NCBI GenBank assembly: GCA_977018835.1
Contig: OZ361256.1
Span: 5,084,001-5,148,000 of the forward strand
Reading direction: 5' to 3'
Source of the DNA: Minutocellus sp. GHC0000111
Taxonomy: Eukaryota
Length of the DNA: 64,000 nt
In this document: piece by piece, positions 24,819 through 34,055 of the stretch
How the letters are laid out: every line of letters starts with the position of its first letter
Position numbering within the stretch: the stretch's first letter is position 1
The notes under the pieces: generated by a model
Told to the model about the DNA's origin: nothing
What the model saw: the letters and a program-made list of their open reading frames with translations, nothing else
The model's database searches: none
Made by a program: the position numbers and the translations under genes

Positions 24819-27800
24819 ATGCATTCGCACAAGCACAACACGCGCCATCGACGGAAGCAGCTGGCACCACCCAATCCCATGGCAGCGGTGCCACCCGCCA
24901 AGCCAGCCCCGGCGCCGGCAGTAGCAGCGCCGCCTGCTCATTCGTCGTCATCGCCGTCACCACCGTCAGAGTGGAAACCACAGCCGCCACCGCCACCGAC
25001 GGATCTTTCAGCAGCGGCGGCAGCAGCGGCAGTAGCAGCAGGAAGCCAACCTCAGATCCCAACAATGTCTCAACTGCACCCTTTGCCTCATCCCGCTGCG
25101 GCACCAATGCACTACCAAGCGTTCGGACGACACGCCCCGATCCCGGCGGTTGCACCAAGCAATGATAGCCGAAGAGGATCTTTGCCACCACCACTACATC
25201 TACCCCCTCTTCCTCACGGTCTTTATCCAGTGCTGGCGGCTCCATCGCTGCCACCGCCACCCTTACCGCCACAGCAGGGATCTCAACATTTACCCGCCGT
25301 ATCTTCCCACCCTCTGTCGTTCGATGCCTTGATTGCTGCCGCCGCCGGCCACGGTGTGTCGAATATCAACTACGGCGTTCCCTTCCCACCGATGGCGTTA
25401 CCACCTCCTCCTGCACCCCAAATGGAGATGGACATGGATTTCCAAGCATCGTCGGCCATGACTGGAGGTGCTTCGGCACCTACCTTCTCCCTCCCGGCCA
25501 GTGCTCCCCCGCCCCCGCCCCCACTCCAACCGTCGATGGCTCCACCACCATCAGTAGCACCTACCAACACAAACACTATCTCTGCCACCGCTGAGACTCT
25601 GGCACCATCAACGATGGAGATGGTGCCGCCCGAATCGACGTCTGGTCTCACATCGTCGACCGAAATGGCGGTGCTAAGTATGCTACAGTCTGCCGCCCCT
25701 CCTTCATCGGCTGCTCCTCCCTCGGTCCTTCCTTCGGCTTTGCCCCAGAATACCGAGGCTACGTGTGGGGCCGCTTCCACGGCGAACGTTATTGCAACTT
25801 TACCATCAGCGGCAGCAGCACCGTCAGCATCTGTCGCGACCACCGCCACCACCGATGACGATACCTCTATGGAGTCGAAAGAAAACGTCCCGCAGCCGGC
25901 CGCTCCTAGTACCAGTAGTAGACAACTCCGTCCGGTAAGAACAAAGACCGCCAAGACTCTGGAGGTTGCCGCCGCTGAACCTGCCAAAAAAGTTACTCAG
26001 TCATTGGATATCGCTTTGACTCCGGCCGATGAGAATCTTTTGTCGGACTACAACAACCTCTTGTGTCAGCACGTCGAGCTGTACCAAGACACCTCCGGTA
26101 CCAAGGCCAAGGTGGGCGTGAGATGTAAACTTTGCGTTGGGATGGACAACAACCAAGGGACAGCGGCATCCTATCTGGCAAGCTCGATTTCCTTTATCAG
26201 TCCCAACATTGGCAACATCGGTACTCGTCACCTCCTCGGTGGCAAGTGCCCGTCAATGCCACCGGGTGTGGCCGAGAAGCTCAAGGTGATGAGGAAGACG
26301 AGCATGGCGCAGACCAAGATGCCAGGACGAATCGGTCTCGATGCCTACTGCCGAGAACTGGCGGCGAAGAATGGCATCGTCCCGCATTCTTCGGGTGGGG
26401 GTATCTTCTACTCGGGTCGACTGGCGACTGCAGCTGGTGATGTTGGATCGTTGCCAACACGGAGGTCATTGTTGGGCGAGACCACGGCAGCGCCGGGTGA
26501 AAGCAACGATGGATCATCTGCTCCTGCCACGAATGCCCCAGGTGCTACTACCGTCCGTACCAAGCCAAAGAGGACCAAGAGGAAACGCTCGAGGGACGCT
26601 GATGCTCTCGGTATTGACCCCGACGTCGATGACGAGCCAAGTGCAATGGATATCGATCCCGTAGTGGTGGACGGCCCCATCACTCAGCCAACTGCAGCCA
26701 TGGAAGTTGACGATTGTAACTCTCGAAGTACAATTGGAACTACGACCGGATCTGCTGCTGAAAAATCTTTCGTCAGTGCCGATGGAAAAGAGAACAGTCC
26801 TCCGGTCGATGCTAAAGTATCAGATGGAAAAGGAGAAGCAGGCACTTTCACTTCCAAGGCGAGGTTCACAAACAAGCCTGAAATGCCATTTGATGCCTCC
26901 TCGTTTGTTCCAGGAAGCGTCAAGCTATTTTGGGAATGTTCGCACTGCTCCTCTCTGCCAGTTCCGTATCGAGCTGCTGGCAGCGTCGTCTTTTCCGCAG
27001 GTCCTCCGACGCTCGACAAGGTCAAGGGTCACCTGCAGAGATGCACTGGGCTCGATGCGTTGCCCATTCCCCGCGATGCCAAGCTGAGTATTTCCGGGTA
27101 CAGCGAAAAGGTACCTCCCATTCGTATCAGCTGGGACAACTCACAGCTGCTCAAGAGGAGCAAGACGATTGAGAAGCAACGAGCGGCTCTTGCTGCTGGC
27201 AAGCCCTGGCCCCCGCTCTGCCAGGATGTCGGGCCGTTCCTACCCTCGGGCGAGGTCAATCCCGGTGTTGAGACAACTCCACTCGTTCGCAAGGGTGATA
27301 CCAGCCTTGTCACGCAGTATGCTTGTGCCACGGTTACTCTGGTTCGCAAATGCTACCTCACCCAAACGGGTGGAAGTCGCGGTGGAATGTCCCTCGAATA
27401 TCCTGGCCTGGCATGCTCGTTTTGTGCTGGCAAGCCTGGGCAGAAGAGATTCTTCTATACTTCTGCGGATAATCTGAGAAATAGCTTCGCGCATATTCCC
27501 GGGCACATCATATCCTGTCCTCACGCCCCCCTTGATGTTCGTCGTAAATTGCAAGCACTCAAGGCGAGCCGTAGCGAGGAAAACAAGAAGCTCAACCGTC
27601 GAGACCATAAGGTCTTTCTCGACCAGCTCTGGAGGCGTTTGCACTCGAAGAGCAAGTCAGTCCTCGAAGAGGATGTTGACTTTGATTCCGACTCTGACGA
27701 TGACGAGGAAGAGGCAGAAGCAGAGGCCTTCACTGAGTCTGAATGTGATGAGGGGACCAAGAGCATCGACGACGATATGGATACGAAGCCCAGAGCTCGA

Positions 27801-28487
27801 GGTCGCAGCACCGCTCGTTCCCGCTCGAGGTCGTCGTCCTCAGGCAGCAGTACAAGTAGCACCGGTACCACCAGCACCGCGACGCAGGAGGCCACCAACG
27901 ACAACGTTGCGGTGACACGCCTCCCGGAAAATGCCACGACCGTCGTCCTACCGGAGGACAAATCGATTGCCTCGGATTATTGCTTCTTTGCCCTGGCGCA
28001 GCAGATGCCCTGTTTGCTGGAGGGCAAGAGGCAGGGCAGTAGAGGATCCGCCTTTCCCGTCGGCACTCCCGGGCTCGCCTGCCGACACTGTGCCTCGTTG
28101 ACCAACCCCCGCGAGTTTTACTTTCGCAACGCCGATGTGATGGCCAACAACTTTTCGCATGTTGTGAGTCACACCCTCTCGTGCTCCCACGTTCCCAAGG
28201 CGGTCAAGCAGGCACTCCTTCAGAAGAAGGCGGCCAAAAAGAATGGCAGCAACCGACCGATCCTTCGAGTCGTCTGGAGACGTCTGCAACTCTGGGCCAA
28301 GGAGGATGCGGATGAGGATGAGAGCGAGGATGAGGATGTGGATGTGAAGGAGCAGAAGCAAGAGGGAGAATCTGCTACGAGCAGTAGCCAGGGTACAGAA
28401 GCGGCGGCAGTACATGTAGCCGATCTACACGTAGCAATGGCCGTGTCGATGCAGCCGCTTCTGCCGGTAATGAGGAATGATGACTGA
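24819..28487 (+). CDS. Large protein with a Pro/Ala-rich N-terminus and repeated CxxC...H..xC putative zinc-binding modules
   Basis: 1222-aa ORF with modules VGVRCKLC...RHLLGGKCP, WECSHC...GHLQRC, PGLACSFC...GHIISCP and PGLACRHC...SHTLSC. Confidence 0.8.
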   Translation: MHSHKHNTRHRRKQLAPPNPMAAVPPAKPAPAPAVAAPPAHSSSSPSPPSEWKPQPPPPPTDLSAAAAAAAVAAGSQPQIPTMSQLHPLPHPAAAPMHYQAFGRHAPIPAVAPSNDSRRGSLPPPLHLPPLPHGLYPVLAAPSLPPPPLPPQQGSQHLPAVSSHPLSFDALIAAAAGHGVSNINYGVPFPPMALPPPPAPQMEMDMDFQASSAMTGGASAPTFSLPASAPPPPPPLQPSMAPPPSVAPTNTNTISATAETLAPSTMEMVPPESTSGLTSSTEMAVLSMLQSAAPPSSAAPPSVLPSALPQNTEATCGAASTANVIATLPSAAAAPSASVATTATTDDDTSMESKENVPQPAAPSTSSRQLRPVRTKTAKTLEVAAAEPAKKVTQSLDIALTPADENLLSDYNNLLCQHVELYQDTSGTKAKVGVRCKLCVGMDNNQGTAASYLASSISFISPNIGNIGTRHLLGGKCPSMPPGVAEKLKVMRKTSMAQTKMPGRIGLDAYCRELAAKNGIVPHSSGGGIFYSGRLATAAGDVGSLPTRRSLLGETTAAPGESNDGSSAPATNAPGATTVRTKPKRTKRKRSRDADALGIDPDVDDEPSAMDIDPVVVDGPITQPTAAMEVDDCNSRSTIGTTTGSAAEKSFVSADGKENSPPVDAKVSDGKGEAGTFTSKARFTNKPEMPFDASSFVPGSVKLFWECSHCSSLPVPYRAAGSVVFSAGPPTLDKVKGHLQRCTGLDALPIPRDAKLSISGYSEKVPPIRISWDNSQLLKRSKTIEKQRAALAAGKPWPPLCQDVGPFLPSGEVNPGVETTPLVRKGDTSLVTQYACATVTLVRKCYLTQTGGSRGGMSLEYPGLACSFCAGKPGQKRFFYTSADNLRNSFAHIPGHIISCPHAPLDVRRKLQALKASRSEENKKLNRRDHKVFLDQLWRRLHSKSKSVLEEDVDFDSDSDDDEEEAEAEAFTESECDEGTKSIDDDMDTKPRARGRSTARSRSRSSSSGSSTSSTGTTSTATQEATNDNVAVTRLPENATTVVLPEDKSIASDYCFFALAQQMPCLLEGKRQGSRGSAFPVGTPGLACRHCASLTNPREFYFRNADVMANNFSHVVSHTLSCSHVPKAVKQALLQKKAAKKNGSNRPILRVVWRRLQLWAKEDADEDESEDEDVDVKEQKQEGESATSSSQGTEAAAVHVADLHVAMAVSMQPLLPVMRNDD

Positions 28488-28672
28488 GGGGAGGTGCAAC
28501 AACAGAGGCATGCAAGCTTTCTGATTTATGGTGGTAGATCTAGATCTACGTGTACTACTAGTAGATCTACCGTCCCCCCGTCGTGTGTGTTGGAATTTCA
28601 TCGCTTGACTCGGCTGGCTCATCATCATGGCAGCGTCGCAGCAGCAGCAACAACAATGTAGATCTAACAACT

Positions 28673-29545
28673 CTAGCTAGAACTTATAGGAATTCCAGCT
28701 AGAGCCACTACCGGTAGTACATCTTCTCGAACATGTGGAGGGAGGGATCCTAGAAGAGCCATAGTCGCATCGTCATCGCCGGGATCGTTGATGCCCAACA
28801 TTGCCTCAGCCAGCTGCAATAACTCCTCATCCGCCACAGCAGCTGTCACATCGCTAACACCATCATCTTGAGCAGCACCAAGAGAATTATCATTGTTGAC
28901 GGCAGACCGAGCCAATATGTTGCGCATGGTCTTGGCGTTGTCCTCTCCCTCGATTTCCAGCTTGGTTATCCCCTCGACTCGGCCTCGGTAGAAGGACTCG
29001 GTGAACCGCCCGCCTCCTCCAGTCGTTCCATTTGCGTCACCATCAATCCTCGCCGACTCTGGAACGTCATGTCTGCGATAACAGTCAACTGAGCAATAGG
29101 GTGCCGAGCACCGGGGGCAGGTATATCTGCCCTCGTTGGTTTGACAGGTTGAACAAAGAGGAAAGGCGGAGGTGGATGCTGAGGCGGCAGCAGCGGTGGG
29201 ACCGGCGACTGGTGCTGCTTCCTTGTTGTGAGATGGCTGCCCCTTTGCGGGGTCGATTTCAACAATTAGAGGCCCGTTGGGCTTTCTCGAAGGGCGAGTT
29301 GGTTTATGTGAACGACCCTTACGAAGAAATGATGAGGTGGATTGTGTGGTTGCATGCGATGAAGTTGAGGCGTTGGCGTTGGAAACACTCGAGCCCTCGG
29401 GAGCAGTTGAAAGTGGAGGCGGGGGTGAAGGCAGCACGTCTTGTGTTTTTATTGTTCTCTTCCACTTTGGCTGGCCGATCGAAGGAACCAGCGATGGTGC
29501 TGGAGGGTCATATTCTTCGTTGTCGCCCGGCATTTTCATTGGCAT
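28673..29545 (-). CDS. HIT zinc-finger protein, ZNHIT2-like, probably C-terminally truncated
   Basis: CSTC....RYTCPRCSAPYCSVDCYRRH followed by TESFY. The ORF ends in TA-palindromic, intergenic-like sequence. Confidence 0.7.
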   Translation of the reverse strand: MPMKMPGDNEEYDPPAPSLVPSIGQPKWKRTIKTQDVLPSPPPPLSTAPEGSSVSNANASTSSHATTQSTSSFLRKGRSHKPTRPSRKPNGPLIVEIDPAKGQPSHNKEAAPVAGPTAAAASASTSAFPLCSTCQTNEGRYTCPRCSAPYCSVDCYRRHDVPESARIDGDANGTTGGGGRFTESFYRGRVEGITKLEIEGEDNAKTMRNILARSAVNNDNSLGAAQDDGVSDVTAAVADEELLQLAEAMLGINDPGDDDATMALLGSLPPHVREDVLPVVALAGIPISSS

Positions 29546-30045
29546 GCTTGCTGGCGTCTTCGACTGGAACTGGCGGCATGGAGAGCGGCGAGAGCGAGAG
29601 CAGAGGCGAGGCCAGCACGCACAGCATAGCATGGCATGGGCGGCTTGTGACGCAAAATCGAAAGATGGCTCGATAGATAGGTAAGCATGGTCCCGGTAAT
29701 GAACTTCATTACCAGATTGGCCGGGAACAGCCCAACATCATTACAAAACCCAGTTCGCAAGTTCGCATCTGCGAGTCAGCCGATCCATTTTGAACATAAA
29801 AAATGTTTGAAAATGAAAACATATATAAGCCGGCCGGACATGAACGGACAAGATACGAACTTCTTTTAATTATGAAGTTATCATTACCCGAGGAAGCTGC
29901 TAGCATTTTTGGCTTGCTTTGGCACGCATCTTACGGGGTGTCAGAGTTCGCATCGCGCCGGCCCAGCCTGTTGAAAAATGCATAGAGAACTCTCTGGAAC
30001 CGCGAGTACCTAGGTACGAGTCGAGCGATCTTTGACGCGGATGCG

Positions 30046-30474
30046 ATGATGCCTTCATTCGACACCCACATCGATGGATGGCATCTTGCGCTCGCCGCCG
30101 CAACAGACATCTTGATTCAAAATGAACATGTAGTTGCTCGTGCCACCGCATGGGCCGCTGCATCACCCCGCGTAATTTTCTTCGTCACATGCCAGAGCCG
30201 TGGCGGTTTGTGCCGCAGCAATCTGCATCCTGTGTGCCAGGCTCAGATGGAGCACGACATGAACATCGACGACGTGCCGGCGATGATGCTGTGTTCGAAT
30301 TGCCTCTGCCGAGCTACAGGGGATAAGTGGAACGACGATGAAGCGGCCGGAATCCTCCAGGAGGCTGAAGGTGGCATCACGGATGCTGGATCTGCTGGAA
30401 TTCTGGCTGAAGCAATAACGACACACGGAGCATGGAGAAACGATCGCACCTTCAACATGTACCTGAGTGACTAA
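30046..30474 (+). pseudogene. Cys/His-rich ORF fragment within a transposon-derived region
   Basis: C..RGGLCRSNLHPVCQ...LCSNC is a PHD-like pattern, followed by an AT-rich 3' tract. No convincing N-terminus. Confidence 0.35.
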
Positions 30475-32059
30475 TTGAGAAACATGATGGCCATGCACGC
30501 AGTATTTGATTGGATTAGATATGTAAATACATAAAGATGCATATTTGAATTCATGAATGCATGTAAAAATATATTAGATCTAGATCTACTGGTACTTGCT
30601 TTGAATCTGTTATTACATGTATTGTTATTATTTATTATTCTACTGTACATAGCATGTAAAATAGCACATTAACAAATAGATATTCAGCATGTACAACATG
30701 CTTGGTCGGATGGAATACGGTAGACCATCATGCAAGTCATCCTCAAAATGCGGTCTACCGAACCACGCAAACAGGCACAAAGCGACGACGCTACATTTGC
30801 TGTTGCTGGTGCATTCGTCCTCGGCTATCAACCTCGAATATGCGCAAGACAATCTGCCACAGCCGCAGACACAAATCCATTTTTGTCGAGCGCGAGACTC
30901 TTGCCGACACTTGTGCTTTGCGCCGCTGCATATCAAAATCAAATGATGCACATAAAAGTAGGCGTTCCACGGCGGCGGCCGACGATGTGTGTGGATCGCC
31001 CACTCCACGTTGGCAGCGCCAGTGACATGTGCATTCGCCTTCGATCGTTTCCGCACCTCAGCAGTGCATTTTGCTCGCTTCGACGGCTCCCGAACGAGAA
31101 TCGCGCGCGGCAGATGACCCGCCTGTTGTGAGTACGAGTAGCCGAGGAGGACGAGGAAGGAGCTACCGCGTGTTTAGTCACGAGTCGAGGCGGCGAACCT
31201 TCGCCGTATGGCAAGCGCTGCGCACGAATCTTGCAGCAAACTTAGCATATATCGTGGTCAGAGATCTGCTTGCTTCTTTTTTGTGTGTGTTTGTTCTGGT
31301 TGACGCACCGGCGGCCTGTCAGAAGGCGCCGCAAAGCCGGCCATTGTAGCGGCCGGATTTTGAGACTTAGAGATTTGAAAGTGCTCTTGGTAATACCATG
31401 ACGGGGGTCTTTGGTACTGTAGTCAACATCATTACCAGAGGGGGTGATAACTACAGGTTCGTTCGCACAGACTGCTACTGGCACTTGCATTGCATTGCGA
31501 ACCATAAGTGCGTTCGATGACTGTCTGTGTTTTTTTGAGGATTTTTGCGAACGCGGCCGCAAATTTCGCGGACGGATTCACTTGCACGCGCGCAAAGCAT
31601 GGTGCTGAATTCACTCACAAAATTGTCAAAGTAGGCGTGGATAACTCGAAAAGAAGATGCCGCATGAAAAATCTGAAGACACTTTACGTGCTTGCTTTTT
31701 CATGCTGAGTTCAGCCATCTAAGTGGCTTCGTCTGAATCCGAAAGGGCAAAAACTTGTTTTTCGCCATCGTGTTGTTTTCGCGATAAAAACATCACGAAG
31801 CACAACAGCAATTTTGACGCTTCCAAAGCCCAAATCCTTGCTCTGCATGTGATAGAAGAGAGATGTGAGTTGTTGGCTTTGCATGAATGCGTTTGTTTGT
31901 CGACCTTGGAAGGCCCTCCAACGCGTGGGTTTGTTCGCGGGAAAGTCGATGCGCGGACGCGTTCGACATGACCCTAAAAAAGTGGTCAACCCTATTAGAA
32001 ATAGGAATCCGCGTAAAATTGCAATTTTGTTAGTCCCCTACTAATCTCGTGTACGCACG

Positions 32060-32493
32060 CCGACCAAGCTCATTGAACACATGCTCACCGCTGTCTTGGC
32101 CATCATCGTTGACCAGGAGAAAACTCTCAAGATTGACGGGCCCGAGGATTTTGAGAAGCACATGCTCCTCAATGTCGTCAGTCGACTCGTCTGCCGGGCG
32201 ACAAGGGCCAAGAACATGCCCCTCGACATGGATGATGTCGTGGCAATAACTGAATCGGTGTGTGCGACAAGGCCGCGGAGAGATGTTCCACTCTCCTCAC
32301 AGTTGCCTTCATCTACAAGTTCAACGGCGTGAAGTGGGAGCTAAAGAAGCTCAAGCTCATCCCGGATTGGCTGTGGTGCGAGATCCGGGACGAATGCATC
32401 GTACTGCCGATCCGAGGCGAGCATCATGCCATCGTTCAAGATGAAGACGAGATGGAGGCCGAACCGTCGCGTCGCACGAACGCGTCCATTTGA
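32060..32493 (+). pseudogene. Frameshifted ORF fragment ending inside the mariner subterminal region (putative cargo gene)
   Basis: ORFs 32081-32332 and 32260-32493 join across a GT-repeat. The last codons (ACG AAC GCG TCC ATT TGA) are the start of the 201-bp block shared with 63734-63934. Confidence 0.45.
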
Positions 32494-32758
32494 TTAGAGC
32501 CGCTGAAATCTAAAGTCTTATCCGAATTATTGTTTCACATGAAGATAAATCAAAATTAGAGTAAAAATAGCCATTTTCTTAAATATTTCAGCATGACTAT
32601 TCTTCGAGGCGCTTTTCAATCCCCTCGAAAGCAGTCAAAAACCGGGCGCTCGATTTCTCGCGAATCTGACCTCGTAAGATTCAGGCGGTTGCGGGCCCAA
32701 AAATCGACATTTTTTGGTCCCGGCCCTTCGCTCGATTTCTCGCGAAACGGACTTCGTA
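32476..32758. mobile_element. Nested ends of the mariner-type family: right end (32476-32674), TA, then inverted left end (32677-32756), TA
   Basis: 32476-32676 matches 63734-63934 with one mismatch. 32675-32758 is a diverged reverse complement of about 62073-62154. Confidence 0.9.
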
Positions 32759-32821
32759 CATGTAGGTTCACATTAGACTAGGCCTAGGCAAGTGCATGTA
32801 GGTTGAGCATGGCCACGACGG

Positions 32822-32862
32822 TGGTCAAAATGTGTTTTTTTCGAAAAAACATATTTTGACCA
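32822..32862. repeat. Near-perfect 41-bp palindrome
   Basis: TGGTCAAAATGTGTTTTTTTCGAAAAAACATATTTTGACCA, with one mismatch and a 1-nt length difference between the arms. Confidence 0.85.
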
Positions 32863-33000
32863 AATGTAGCCCGGAAATCGAAAAGTCGCGTCGACGCGCG
32901 GCCGACTACTACTACTAGCTAGCTAGAAGAGGCCTCTACATGCATGTAGGAACCGTATAAAGTCAGGTCGAACCGTGTAAAGTCAGGTCAATTCGGTGGA

Positions 33001-33759
33001 GCTGGACAATGCAATCTGCACTGTCAGTCCAACAGCGACTGCGAGAGCGACGACGACGAATACAATCCATGCACCAAGTGCGGCAAAGACTTGGGCACAG
33101 AGTACTGTCAGCGATGGTAAGTAGAAGGGACAAACAGCCTCACACTGTTTCGGCATTCCCTATCGCATCAGTATATCTCAATCTGCTCACGATTTTAATT
33201 ATCTTTTTGACACCAGCTACAATCCAAGCAAGGAATCAGCAGGAATGTGCAACCTAAAGTGCAAAAAGGACAAGGATTGCGTGGAGACTGGTTGGAATCC
33301 GTGCTCTTCCTGCGGCGAATACATTGGCAGTCAGTACTATGGTGAGCTAGCGAGTTGCTGTTTGTCGACGCGATTCAATACAGGTATTTCGTTTGCGTCC
33401 ATAGTTAACGATATTCTAAAATCTTTCTACTCTCGGCCCTCAATAACAAAGACGATTGCTACAACCCTGATACTGCGCCGACCATTGACTGTGATGAAGG
33501 AATGGTAAGTTCACAGACATATAAAACAAAGCACTCGTTCTGATGTTTCTTGATGCAAATAAATTATTCACTCACCTCCCACGCAACCGCTTCTTTATTC
33601 GCACAACAATATTTTGTTCATCGAATCACCAAACAGTGCTGCGAAAAATGCAACAAGAATTCCGATTGTCAGCAGGGGGGATTCAATCCTTGCGGCAAGT
33701 GCGGCCAAGACGTCGGAACACAGTTCTACCGTCGTTGCTACAATCCTGACGACGATTAG
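33001..33759 (+). CDS. Small protein made of three tandem six-Cys knottin-like modules; 5' end not found; introns 33117-33216, 33342-33451, 33505-33636
   Basis: Spliced by hand: CNLHCQSNSDC...NPCTKCG...CYNP / CNLKCKKDKDC...NPCSSCG...CYNP / CCEKCNKNSDC...NPCGKCG...CYNP*. All three GT-AG introns keep frame. Confidence 0.8.
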
Positions 33760-34055
33760 AGGAAGAAGAGAAGCAACCCTGATCAGTGATCTTATATGTT
33801 GCGGTAATGAAAAAGAGGTTTCAGAGAAAGCGGAGGCCCATATCCCTGACAAACAATCGCACCTGACTACGTAGCTAGCACAAGGATTCACCAGCTAGAT
33901 TTGCATCATGAGCGCAAGTTGGAAAGCAAGATTCAATCTAACTTAACAAAAAGAATAACAGCATGAAGCCCAGCTGCATGTTCTAGTAACCCCTCCCATC
34001 CATGATATCACACCATAAGCCCGACTAACATAACTCTACAGCTAAGTACGTGTAG

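Noticed and set aside
29690..32040. Possible further MITE or transposon ends
   Set aside because: The region looks repeat-derived, but I could not identify a convincing TIR pair or target duplication by eye.
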